Shown: one piece after another, positions 55,382 through 64,000 of the stretch
Layout: every line of letters starts with the position of its first letter
Numbering within the stretch: the stretch's first letter is position 1
Assembly (NCBI GenBank): GCA_965200315.1
Contig: OZ241362.1
Span: forward strand, 4,288,001-4,352,000
Reading direction: 5' to 3'
From: Candidatus Latescibacterota bacterium
Lineage (GTDB): Bacteria > Latescibacterota > UBA2968 > UBA8231
Length of the DNA stretch: 64,000 nucleotides
The notes under the pieces: generated by a model
Told to the model about the DNA's origin: nothing
The model's database searches: none
The model's input: the letters and a program-made list of their open reading frames with translations, nothing else
Program-made: the position numbers and the translations under genes

Positions 55382-58183
55382 TCACAGACGAGGGTTTTTT
55401 GCACGTCTCTTCTTTCGCTTCCCTATCGCTTCCGCTGCCAACGGTGCTTGCAACTGTTCATACAGCGCAAAGAGATGCTCCACGCGCTCTCGCTCGGCGG
55501 CAAAGCGTGAGCGGCGATAGAGGCTATCCACAGCACGGTCGAGGGCTGAGTGCGCCCGGCGCAAATCGGGCGGCATCGCGTCTGGGTCGTAGAGATCGGC
55601 GAGCGTGGCGTTTGGGTGGTTGGCCCGAGCCGCGAGCACCGCGTCGGCGTGGGGCGCGAGGCGTTGTAGCCTTTTCGTAGGGATTGACGGCAGCGGAAAG
55701 GTATTGTACACGAGACCACTGGAATAGCGATAATCGCTTTTTAGCCGCCCGCCGACATACCTCAGCCAAGCCATGTGCATGGAGGAAGTCAAAATAGCGA
55801 ATTGCCAAAGTTCCGTATTCTCCACGACCAGCAATTGATTGCTCGGAATAGAAGGCGGTTCCAACCAGCCAATCGGGACGTACTGACGGCGCTCCGAACT
55901 GACTTCGGGAATGACCAAAAATTCGGCCTCTGGAATGACGGAGACGTGATACTCAGTAGGACGCTCAGCGAGCGACTGACCTAACCGACCAGCTTGATTC
56001 GCTCGATAATGCCTGACCGCTTGGATTTTGTCCATGACGTTGGGCAGTGAGCGCAGGAGTGTCGGCGATTGACCGGAGACGTGAAGAATCCAGCGCTCCC
56101 TATTGTTAATGTATTCAGCGCCGCCGACAAACGGCCTCAGCAAGCCGGCTGCTCGCGGCTCCCGTGCAACAAGGTCCGCTTTCTCCGTTTCCTCCAGAAT
56201 GTAGTGTCCACCATCAACCGGCTTGGTTCCAACGCCAATTTTTGGAAGATGGCCAATAGAGGCTCGCTCTCTCTTTACCACCAGATGCGAATTCGCCAAA
56301 TGGCCAGCATCAATAAGGTACGGACTGATGGCCGACACTCGAATCTCGTCAGGAGGCTCTGTCGGCTTTGGGTATGTGAATAGACGCCGTTCATTGGATA
56401 TGGAGTTCCTGTCAGATAGCCCGATAACTACAACATGTACGTGCGCGACTCCCCGCGCATCAGAGCCCCAAACGAAGGTGCGGTGCGCGAAGGCGATTTC
56501 CAATTTGTAGCGCTCAAACAAGGCAGGCCATAGTTGGGCGACTTGTTCGCCCTGTGTGATGGAATTAGTCGCCACAAAGCCAACCCGTGCGTGATTCTCG
56601 CGAAGATACTCACCGGCCTTGAGAAACCATCCGGCGACATAATCCAGCCGCGATCCCGATGCGCCAAGTCTCGCCATGAGTGCTTTGGACTGCGTTTGCT
56701 TTTTCCTAGTCCGCATGACAAAGCCACTAAACGGCGGATTGCCGAATACGTACGAACATTCCTCCGGCGGCAGCAGTTCGGCCCAGTCCATTGTTAGCGC
56801 GTCTGCGTTGCGGATGTGCGGCGACTTCTCCAGCGGAATGCGCGCATAGGTCTGGCCGAACTCCAGGCTCAGCCGATTGTTCATGATGTGGTCCATCATC
56901 CACAGCGCGGTCTCAGCGATGCGCACCGGAAACTCGCTAATCTCAATGCCATAGAACTGATCGACGTCGACTACAGAAAGCAACTCGGCGAAGGCCGAAA
57001 GCTGGCCGGATGGGTGCAACTCGCGCAACACCTCGATTTCAAGCTGCCGCAACTCGCGGTAGGCGATGATGAGGAAGTTTCCGCAGCCGCACGCCGGGTC
57101 GAGAAACGTCAACTGCCCTAGTTTTTGTTGGAACGTGTGCAAATCGGGGATGCGGCGGCTGTCTCGTCGGGCCTTCAGCCGTGCAAACTCGGCCCGTAGG
57201 TCGTCTAAGAACAGCGGTTCAAGCACCTTGCGGATATTCTGTTCGGTGGTGTAGTGAGCACCCTGAGCGCGGCGCTCGGCTGGTGCCATCACCGCTTGGA
57301 ACAGGGCGCCGAAGATGGCCGGGGAAATCGCGGTCCAGTCGAACAAGCAAGCGTCGAGCAGACTCTGGCGCATTGCCGCGTCGAAGTCGGGGATGCGCAG
57401 CGGCGCGGCGAACAACTCGCCGTTGATGTATGGGAAGCGCGCCAAGTCCTCGTCGAGCGTAGTCTGCCGCCGCTCCTCTGGCGTGTTCAAGACTTGAAAC
57501 AGCCGCGCTAGATAGGGGCCGAGGTCGCGGCCATCGGGTGCAGTGCGCTCCTCAATGAACTGCAAGAAGATGTCGCGCGGCTCGAAGATGCCGGTGTCGT
57601 CGGCAAACAAGCAAAACACTATGCGGACGAGGAAGATCTCCAAGTCGTGGCCGTTGTAGCCAGACTCCGCGAGCGCGTCGTGCAGGCGAGCAATGCGCTC
57701 GGACGCCTCGATGTTGACCGGGTCTTGGTCGCGGAATGTGCGCCGCTGCACTCCGATGATGAAACCAAACTTTTCGACGTGCTGCGGCAGATCGGCGAGG
57801 GCAAAGCGCGTCTCCTCGCGCTCGTCCCGGTCGAGCAGTTCAAAGGTCTGAAAGTCGCAGAGCAGTTGGTAGCGGGGGCGGTTGCGCTCGGGCAGTGCGT
57901 CGAAATAGGCACCGGCCTGTTTACGTGCGGCGATAAGGTCGCGGCCGGCACTCTTTTGCTCGACTAGCAATACGCCCGGCCAGAACAGGTCAATAAAGCC
58001 GGACGAATCGTCTAAGCGACGAACATGCTCCTCATAGCGTGCAACCGTGCGGCGACGTACGCCGAAGATCTCAAAAAAGTCGTTATAGAAGCTCTGAGTC
58101 TCGCCCCTCTCATAGGTCGCGTCTTTCCATTCTGCGGCGAATCGGGCGGCGCGGGTGCGGATTTCATTCCACGAAAGGCGCAT
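55382..58183 (-). CDS. MmeI-like Type IIL restriction-modification enzyme (REase-MTase-TRD)
   Basis: FIDLFWPGVLLVEQKS nuclease, GAHYT, LDPACGCGNF, GNPPF, LADLYDPDAMPPDL C-terminus. Confidence 0.9.
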   Translation of the reverse strand: MRLSWNEIRTRAARFAAEWKDATYERGETQSFYNDFFEIFGVRRRTVARYEEHVRRLDDSSGFIDLFWPGVLLVEQKSAGRDLIAARKQAGAYFDALPERNRPRYQLLCDFQTFELLDRDEREETRFALADLPQHVEKFGFIIGVQRRTFRDQDPVNIEASERIARLHDALAESGYNGHDLEIFLVRIVFCLFADDTGIFEPRDIFLQFIEERTAPDGRDLGPYLARLFQVLNTPEERRQTTLDEDLARFPYINGELFAAPLRIPDFDAAMRQSLLDACLFDWTAISPAIFGALFQAVMAPAERRAQGAHYTTEQNIRKVLEPLFLDDLRAEFARLKARRDSRRIPDLHTFQQKLGQLTFLDPACGCGNFLIIAYRELRQLEIEVLRELHPSGQLSAFAELLSVVDVDQFYGIEISEFPVRIAETALWMMDHIMNNRLSLEFGQTYARIPLEKSPHIRNADALTMDWAELLPPEECSYVFGNPPFSGFVMRTRKKQTQSKALMARLGASGSRLDYVAGWFLKAGEYLRENHARVGFVATNSITQGEQVAQLWPALFERYKLEIAFAHRTFVWGSDARGVAHVHVVVIGLSDRNSISNERRLFTYPKPTEPPDEIRVSAISPYLIDAGHLANSHLVVKRERASIGHLPKIGVGTKPVDGGHYILEETEKADLVAREPRAAGLLRPFVGGAEYINNRERWILHVSGQSPTLLRSLPNVMDKIQAVRHYRANQAGRLGQSLAERPTEYHVSVIPEAEFLVIPEVSSERRQYVPIGWLEPPSIPSNQLLVVENTELWQFAILTSSMHMAWLRYVGGRLKSDYRYSSGLVYNTFPLPSIPTKRLQRLAPHADAVLAARANHPNATLADLYDPDAMPPDLRRAHSALDRAVDSLYRRSRFAAERERVEHLFALYEQLQAPLAAEAIGKRKKRRAKNPRL

Positions 58184-58232
58184 GACGATGGGTTCTACGC
58201 TGGGTTGCTATGTGTTGCTGGTGATGTGGCTT

Positions 58233-58871
58233 CTAGGCGTCATTCACTGGGCGTCCTGCTGGAAACCAAGCTGTTAGGACCCTTTTGAGTTCCAAGAACG
58301 ATGGATCATTGCAGCGGCGCAGGGAAACCTTTTCTGCAAGCTGCCGATACAAGGAGGCACTACGAGGTTTCCGCACTGTGCGTAAAGCCGCTTGTAATGC
58401 TTCCTTGGGGCGTTCGGGTTTGGTTGCTCTTTCTTGTAAATAGCCCTGACTGATCAGCCACCGACGCAGCGGCGGTCGTCGATCCTTCCATCCCACAACG
58501 GCGTCAACATGAGGCGAACTGCTCCAGACCCACGACTCCAGTTCTGGGTCGAGTACGATGGTGCTCGCTCGTTTGCCCCACGCCGAGTTCTCGAACTCAC
58601 GGTTGAGTTCTTGCTGCACTTCTTGGGGCTGCTTCTGTTCCATGCCACTGCCTTCGTGATCGAAAATGAGTAACCCATGACGATACTGTTCCGAGTATCT
58701 GGAAAGAAACTCAACGCCGTTTAGAGCACAGCCGGGATCGTGTTGCGGATGAACGTAAATTTCTTCGTCAATTGGGCGAATACCCAATGCCTTTGGTCGC
58801 CTAAACAACCCAACCAGTGCCTGTTCTATATTGGAGTCGGCTGCGAGAATAACGAGGTCTTGCTCGTTCAT
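58233..58871 (-). CDS. TOPRIM-like/DUF4276-type protein resembling MADS MAD4
   Basis: DLVILAAD...LGIRPI...HPQHDPGC...IFDHEGSG...PELESWVW...RPKE; ATGA overlap with the ATPase. Confidence 0.55.
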   Translation of the reverse strand: MNEQDLVILAADSNIEQALVGLFRRPKALGIRPIDEEIYVHPQHDPGCALNGVEFLSRYSEQYRHGLLIFDHEGSGMEQKQPQEVQQELNREFENSAWGKRASTIVLDPELESWVWSSSPHVDAVVGWKDRRPPLRRWLISQGYLQERATKPERPKEALQAALRTVRKPRSASLYRQLAEKVSLRRCNDPSFLELKRVLTAWFPAGRPVNDA

Positions 58872-60115
58872 CCCAAAACCCCAGAGGCCAGTAGTGTGCC
58901 AAGGTCGGTTTGGCCTTGCCATTGCCTCAGCTTGGGGTGCTCGGTGCCAAGAACAATGTCAGTCGAGCCGTCGTCATTCTTGGCAAAGCACAATACGTCA
59001 TCCATGCTAGCCGCGCTCAGCACTACCGGCGAATGCGTCGCTAACAAGACTTGGGCCTCATACATTGAAGAAAGCGAATCATACACCGTGGCGACCGCTC
59101 GTGGATGTATCCCGTTCTCGGGCTCCTCTATTAGATAGATGCCCTGTAAGTCGGTTAGATATGCGGGTAGCGTGAGTGCCGTCAGCCGCAACGTACCGTC
59201 GGAAACCATCCACGAAGGCACCTTTAGCCCACCTTCATACTCGTAGATCATGTAACAATGCCGGTCCTCTGGGCGCTCGAATGTCTCGATGTTGACCAAG
59301 TCGGTCAGGGCCGTGCGCAGATGTGCAATCCAGTCTTGATGCCGTTGCGGAGCTTTTTCTTGCAAATGAGAGACCACCCAAGGCAGGTTTGAACCGTCCG
59401 GCAAAAAGCCAGCCCCCCTCATTGGAGAACTGGGGCGCTTAATGGCATAACTGTTCAGTACGAACTCTTGGACGCCGCCGGTCAGATACGCTAGAAACCA
59501 TCTGGCAACGGGAAAGCGCTCTATATCAGCAGGCAGGTTGCCGAAAGCCGACGTATGCGGTCCTAACTTGAACGACGGAGACCAGCCTTTATCTGTTTCG
59601 CTATAAAAGCTGTCGTTGCCTCCGGCTGTCTTATTGATGACGACCTTGCTGTCTTTCCGCCTAATGCGCTCCAATAGTGAATTCGGGGCGTCGGCCGGCA
59701 CCGGAAATAAAGTGCGCTGTGGAATTGCAAAATCCGCAGATTTTTTTAGTAAAACCGTCTCAGACTTGAACTCGAATTGGCGGTTTGTTGCGTCAAAGCC
59801 AATCGCCACCTGATACCGCGCTGTGTCCAATTCTGGTCTCATTGTCAGAGGACGCAGGTTGTCGGGGATTCGTGCCTCTACCGCTATCTCTAGCCTATCG
59901 CCCTGACGCCGAAAGAGGAGGTCTTGGGGGTTCTGAGTGCGCTTTGAGATCGCCGTATCCAACCCGTCATACAACAAATCACAGAGAAAACCAATAACGT
60001 CCAAAAAGGTGGTTTTACCAGACGCATTCGGCCCGACGAGGACGTGAAAAGGGCGCAGCGGCCTATGCACATAGCGCAAACAGCGATAATTCAAGGCTTC
60101 AACTAGCGTTATCAT
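58868..60115 (-). CDS. AAA_21/ABC-type ATPase resembling MADS MAD3
   Basis: NYRCL, GPNASGKT, VSDGTLR, LIEEPENGIHP, ATHSP. Confidence 0.8.
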   Translation of the reverse strand: MITLVEALNYRCLRYVHRPLRPFHVLVGPNASGKTTFLDVIGFLCDLLYDGLDTAISKRTQNPQDLLFRRQGDRLEIAVEARIPDNLRPLTMRPELDTARYQVAIGFDATNRQFEFKSETVLLKKSADFAIPQRTLFPVPADAPNSLLERIRRKDSKVVINKTAGGNDSFYSETDKGWSPSFKLGPHTSAFGNLPADIERFPVARWFLAYLTGGVQEFVLNSYAIKRPSSPMRGAGFLPDGSNLPWVVSHLQEKAPQRHQDWIAHLRTALTDLVNIETFERPEDRHCYMIYEYEGGLKVPSWMVSDGTLRLTALTLPAYLTDLQGIYLIEEPENGIHPRAVATVYDSLSSMYEAQVLLATHSPVVLSAASMDDVLCFAKNDDGSTDIVLGTEHPKLRQWQGQTDLGTLLASGVLG

Positions 60116-60159
60116 CCGTCGGTTCTATCTCCGAGGCCGCAGTTAGCCACTCATCCGCC

Positions 60160-60891
60160 CTACTGAAACAACTGCGCCGTCGGCTTGATCACCAACAGGG
60201 GCACGCAGGCGCGGGGAGGGAGCGCGGCGACGAAGAGCGCGGCTTGGGCCAGCTCTTCGGGTTGCAGCATGGCGGCCCGGCGTTGGGCACTGACAGGTTC
60301 GGGCCGCTGGGCCAAAATCGGCGTCTCCACCTCGCCGGGGCAAATCGCGCAGGCGCGGATGCCGGACGCGACTTCCTCCTCGTTGATCGAGTTGGTCAGG
60401 GCCACCGCTCCGTGCTTGGAGGCCGAATACGCGGCACCGGCCAACTTGCTGGCGCGCAGCCCGGCGATGGACGAAATGGTGATGATGAGGCCGTCGTTTT
60501 GTTGCCGCATCCCCGGCAACACCGCCCGCACCATGTTGTACACTCCGGTGAGATTGATGGCGATGGTTTGGTCCCAGTCCTCAGGGGCTACGGTGCCGAC
60601 CGACCGCGGATTGGTGTTGATGCCGGCGTTGTTGACTAGCACATCGACGGCTCCCCACTCGGCCTCGACTGCGGACGCTAGGGCCGCGACCGCGGCGCGG
60701 TCGGATACGTCGCAGGCGTGGAGCAGGACCCGCTCGGCATCGAGACCAGCGGCCGCAGCGGCGAGCGGTTCAGGACGCCGCCCAACAAATGCCACCCGCG
60801 CCCCGGCGTCGGCAAAACCGCGCGCGATGGCCGCGCCGATTCCGGTGCCAGCGCCGGTGACTACCACAACTTTATCGGTGAATTGCCTCAT
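60160..60891 (-). CDS. SDR family oxidoreductase
   Basis: TGAGTGIG, VNNAG, YSASK; TAATG coupling to the upstream gene. Confidence 0.92.
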   Translation of the reverse strand: MRQFTDKVVVVTGAGTGIGAAIARGFADAGARVAFVGRRPEPLAAAAAGLDAERVLLHACDVSDRAAVAALASAVEAEWGAVDVLVNNAGINTNPRSVGTVAPEDWDQTIAINLTGVYNMVRAVLPGMRQQNDGLIITISSIAGLRASKLAGAAYSASKHGAVALTNSINEEEVASGIRACAICPGEVETPILAQRPEPVSAQRRAAMLQPEELAQAALFVAALPPRACVPLLVIKPTAQLFQ

Positions 60892-62342
60892 TATTCCGCT
60901 CCCTTTTTGAGTTCCTGCAAGCGCTGAGCTTCCTCGCGCTGCTTGTAAAACGAATCGAGGGGAAAGCAACCCGAAATCATGCCGTTGCGCGGCGCGGTCG
61001 TGCAATCGGAAAACGTGCGGCAGATGACGCGGCGTTGCAAGCGGCCCGTTTGCAGCACGTCGCAGGGCAGGTCGGAATAGGACAAAACCATCCGCCCCAA
61101 GCCGATAAAATCCACCATGCCCGCCCGCACGAGCCCCTGCCCCACGTGCGGCAGGTACTCCTGCAAGTAGGAATAACCCGACCCGACGAATAGGCTGTGC
61201 GGGAAGCGCGCCTTGAGCCGGGCGACCATAGCCACTTGCCGCGCTACCCCGCATAGCGGGTCTTCCGGCGGCAGGTACCCATCGGAAGGGGGAAAGAGCG
61301 CTGGCCGCTGAATGTGCGGATTGTAGTAGGGGCTGCCGCAGGACAAGTTAATTAGGTCCACTCCCAAGCTCTCCAACAAGGCGATGAACTGCTCGGCTTC
61401 GCCTAAGTCCATTTGCCGTGGGTCGCCTTGATCGACGCCAAAGCCGTACTGGTAGGGCAGGCAGTTTTGGTACGGCTCGGGCACCCCGCGTCTGGCGTCT
61501 GGGTCGGGCCGGAAGGGCACGAAGTCGAAAGCACTCAGCCGTACGCCGATGCCGAGCCCGGGTGCTCGGTTGCGGATCCCCTCGATGATGGAGCGGACAA
61601 AGCGCGTGCGGTTGGCAAAGGAGCCGCCAAAGGGGCCGGGCCGCGTAAACGCGCTGAGGAATTCGTGCCCTAGGTATCCGTGGCAATGCTTAATATCTAC
61701 GAAGTGGTAGCCTAGTTCATGGGCGATTTGTGCGCCGGCGACGTAGCGGTCGATCAAGCCCTCGATATAGGCGTCCGTCAGAAGCGGATAGTCAGCGTCA
61801 AGGCCGAATTTGCGGTCCAAGATCGGGTGGTGATAGAGGATAGCCGGCGCGGATTGGTCCTTGCGGTAGGGCCGGCAAAACCGCCCCGAATGCGTCAGTT
61901 GCAGGCCGAGAAGCAGGTCGTCGGTGGTGCCGAACCGCTCGCTGTGCGCCGACAGGAGGATGTCGCGCAGCTCGGCCATGCCGGTGCGGTTTTCCTCGCG
62001 CGCCATGAGCTGGTTCGGGTTGGCGCGGCCCTCGGGCACCACGGCAAACGCCTCTCCACCCCAGATGAGCTTGGCCCCGCTGCGCCCGAAATTCTGCCAA
62101 CGCCGGCGCGTCAAATCGCTCGGCTCGCCGTCTTCCGTCCCGTCCCATCCTTCCATCGGCTGAATGGCAAAGCGGTTGCCGATGCGGTTGCCGCCGCTAT
62201 GGGCTGGTTGGGCCAGCGGAGAAGAGGGAGCGGTTTCGATCTGGTCGTCGCAGGGCATTTCCGCGCCCAAATGGGCCAGATGGGCGCGGAGGTCCGCGGC
62301 TTGCTTAAAGCTGGAGATGCGCGGATAGCGCGTCTTGGCCAT
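60891..62342 (-). CDS. NADH:flavin oxidoreductase (Old Yellow Enzyme family)
   Basis: [43 protein letters not shown]. Confidence 0.88.
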   Translation of the reverse strand: MAKTRYPRISSFKQAADLRAHLAHLGAEMPCDDQIETAPSSPLAQPAHSGGNRIGNRFAIQPMEGWDGTEDGEPSDLTRRRWQNFGRSGAKLIWGGEAFAVVPEGRANPNQLMAREENRTGMAELRDILLSAHSERFGTTDDLLLGLQLTHSGRFCRPYRKDQSAPAILYHHPILDRKFGLDADYPLLTDAYIEGLIDRYVAGAQIAHELGYHFVDIKHCHGYLGHEFLSAFTRPGPFGGSFANRTRFVRSIIEGIRNRAPGLGIGVRLSAFDFVPFRPDPDARRGVPEPYQNCLPYQYGFGVDQGDPRQMDLGEAEQFIALLESLGVDLINLSCGSPYYNPHIQRPALFPPSDGYLPPEDPLCGVARQVAMVARLKARFPHSLFVGSGYSYLQEYLPHVGQGLVRAGMVDFIGLGRMVLSYSDLPCDVLQTGRLQRRVICRTFSDCTTAPRNGMISGCFPLDSFYKQREEAQRLQELKKGAE

Positions 62343-63094
62343 CAAGAGGCCTCCCGGCGTTGCAGATACAGCATCAGCCCCAAGCCGAAGGCGATCATGA
62401 CTATGCTGAGAAGCTGGGCTTGGCTCAGGCCCCACAGTGCGTGTGGATTGATCCGAATGAACTCCACAGCGAACCGCGCCAGCCCGGCGAGGATGAGATA
62501 GAAGCTGAACGACAGGCCCGGAGGCTCGAAGCGAGTGCGCATTTTCCACAAGAAGGCCGCGATCCCCAAGTGGGAGAGGGTTTCGTACACGGGCGCGGGA
62601 TGAACCTTTTCGGTGGTCGGCACCACTCCGTTGGGATAGGCCATGCCCCACGGAAGATCGGTCGGCACCCCATAGTCGCCATCGCCGGCGAGCTGGCAGC
62701 CGATGCGCCCGATCCCGTAGCCCACGGCAAGGGCAATGCCCACCGCGTCGGCGACGTGACCGAGCGGCGCATGGTGGCGGCGAATTTGCCACAGCACGCC
62801 AGCCGCGGCAACGACAAACCCCCCGTACCAAGTCAGGCCATAGCCGGAAAACAGCAGGTCGAACACCTGGTCCCAAGTCTCAGGCGACTCTTCAAATAGC
62901 ACAAAGTAGAGCTTGGCCCCGACTAGCCCGCCGACCATGCAGGTGGTGACGATCGTCGATCCCAACTCGTCGTGCAGCCCTTGGCGCTTGAACTCGCGGT
63001 TGAGCACGTGCAGGGCCGCTAGGAAACCAAGGGCGACCATGAGGCCAAACGTGCCAATGCTAATGGGGCCGATCTCGAATAGGTAGGGGTACAT
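62342..63094 (-). CDS. lgt: Prolipoprotein diacylglyceryl transferase
   Basis: [34 protein letters not shown]. Confidence 0.88.
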   Translation of the reverse strand: MYPYLFEIGPISIGTFGLMVALGFLAALHVLNREFKRQGLHDELGSTIVTTCMVGGLVGAKLYFVLFEESPETWDQVFDLLFSGYGLTWYGGFVVAAAGVLWQIRRHHAPLGHVADAVGIALAVGYGIGRIGCQLAGDGDYGVPTDLPWGMAYPNGVVPTTEKVHPAPVYETLSHLGIAAFLWKMRTRFEPPGLSFSFYLILAGLARFAVEFIRINPHALWGLSQAQLLSIVMIAFGLGLMLYLQRREAS

Positions 63095-63096
63095 AA

Positions 63097-64000
63097 TCAG
63101 ATGTTTTTGCGGCCGAGCGCCTCGATCTGTCGCTTGAGCGCTGCGGCGATCTCGTAGTATATCTCATAGGGGCTCAAGGCTTCGGCGGATTCCTTAAAAG
63201 AGGTCGTTTCTAGAGGAGAGCCAAAGAGCAGGCGCAAGGGATGGCGCGATGGCGTGCGCGTCCCCTTGGGCAAGGCTTCGTGGGTGCCGGCAATGTGCAG
63301 GGGCACTACGGGCGCGCCTAGCTCGTAGGCTAAAAGCCCCACGCCCGCCTTAAACGGCTGCAGCTGGCCGTTGACTGAGCGCGTACCTTCGGGAAAGACT
63401 AGCAGCGGGCGGCGCACTCCCACCGATTGCCGCGTCCGCACTAAGCCGGCGGCGAAGTTGTCGTGGCCGTCGAAGGGGATGGCATTGACAAAGGTGGACA
63501 TAAACCAGTGCAGCTCGGAGTCGGCGAGGTAGTGCTCGCTGGTTGCGATATTGAGGTGATCGACATGGGAGTGCACAGCCGCGTACACGCAGGCACCGTC
63601 GAGGTGGCTGGCGTGATTGGAGGCAATCAGGTAGGGCCGATCTTGGGGCAAGTGCTCTAGGCCGCCAGCCCGGAAATCGAAAAAGCGGCGGAACAAAGGG
63701 CCGCCGGTCTCCCACAGGATTTCTTGTAGCATATTTTTGCCGGCCTCGTTCTCTGGCTTGGCATTCGGCTCGGCGTGCAAGATGCTCGACCAGTACGCGG
63801 GCGACTGCTCCACCTCCCAGTCCACCCCGTCTTGCAAGTGAGCCTCTATCCGCGCCAAGACGCTGCGGAGCGTGTCCTGTGGCTGCAAGAGTCCATCGAC
63901 TTGGGTCCCCAGCCGCTGGCCGAGCCACGCGGCGAATTCCACGGCCATCAGTGAATCCAACAAGGTGTTGAGCGGCGCATCTATGTGAGCGGCTACCTCC
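63097..64000 (-). CDS. C-terminal part of an acyl-carrier plus 1-acyl-glycerol-3-phosphate acyltransferase fusion (starts beyond the window)
   Basis: LDSL phosphopantetheine site, NHASHLD, FPEGTRS; frame open to the window edge. Confidence 0.8.
   Translation of the reverse strand, partial: EVAAHIDAPLNTLLDSLMAVEFAAWLGQRLGTQVDGLLQPQDTLRSVLARIEAHLQDGVDWEVEQSPAYWSSILHAEPNAKPENEAGKNMLQEILWETGGPLFRRFFDFRAGGLEHLPQDRPYLIASNHASHLDGACVYAAVHSHVDHLNIATSEHYLADSELHWFMSTFVNAIPFDGHDNFAAGLVRTRQSVGVRRPLLVFPEGTRSVNGQLQPFKAGVGLLAYELGAPVVPLHIAGTHEALPKGTRTPSRHPLRLLFGSPLETTSFKESAEALSPYEIYYEIAAALKRQIEALGRKNI

Noticed and set aside
60891-62876. Extended N-termini of the 661-aa and 364-aa ORFs (also 4323-5285)
   Set aside because: The extensions overlap upstream genes; coupled or motif-adjacent starts at 62342, 60891 and 5033 fit better
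1-64000. rRNA, tRNA, integrase or prophage genes
   Set aside because: None recognised by eye; a tRNAscan/Infernal run would be needed to exclude small RNAs

Overview
GC-rich bacterial DNA. Its metabolic backbone (PhyH dioxygenases, sulfatase, Gfo/Idh/MocA, peptide-binding lipoproteins, amidohydrolases) is interrupted by several more AT-rich defence and mobile patches. The main feature is a tightly coupled nine-gene minus-strand operon (about 11.5-24.3 kb). It carries an SspABCD-type DNA phosphorothioation core (cysteine desulfurase, DUF4007, large P-loop ATPase, PAPS-reductase-like protein). No sspE or sspFGH is recognisable after it; instead come a GIY-YIG nuclease, a DGQHR/DndB-like protein, an SF2 helicase, a MORC/GHKL ATPase and a PLD-like nuclease, making it a candidate new PT-linked defence system. 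Next to it is a DUF4258-like toxin paired with an HTH-dynamin fusion. Also present: a hidden selenoprotein (AhpD/CMD family, CxxU with a SECIS-like hairpin) split by the ORF caller; an IS1-family cargo element with perfect 20-bp IRs and an 8-bp TSD; an AAA ATPase/TOPRIM-like pair (MAD3/MAD4-like) coupled to an MmeI-like Type IIL RM gene; a deletion-ruined Type III RM locus; several TA modules and gene remnants. No rRNA, tRNA or CRISPR array was seen. All family calls come from motifs recognised by eye; no database searches were run.
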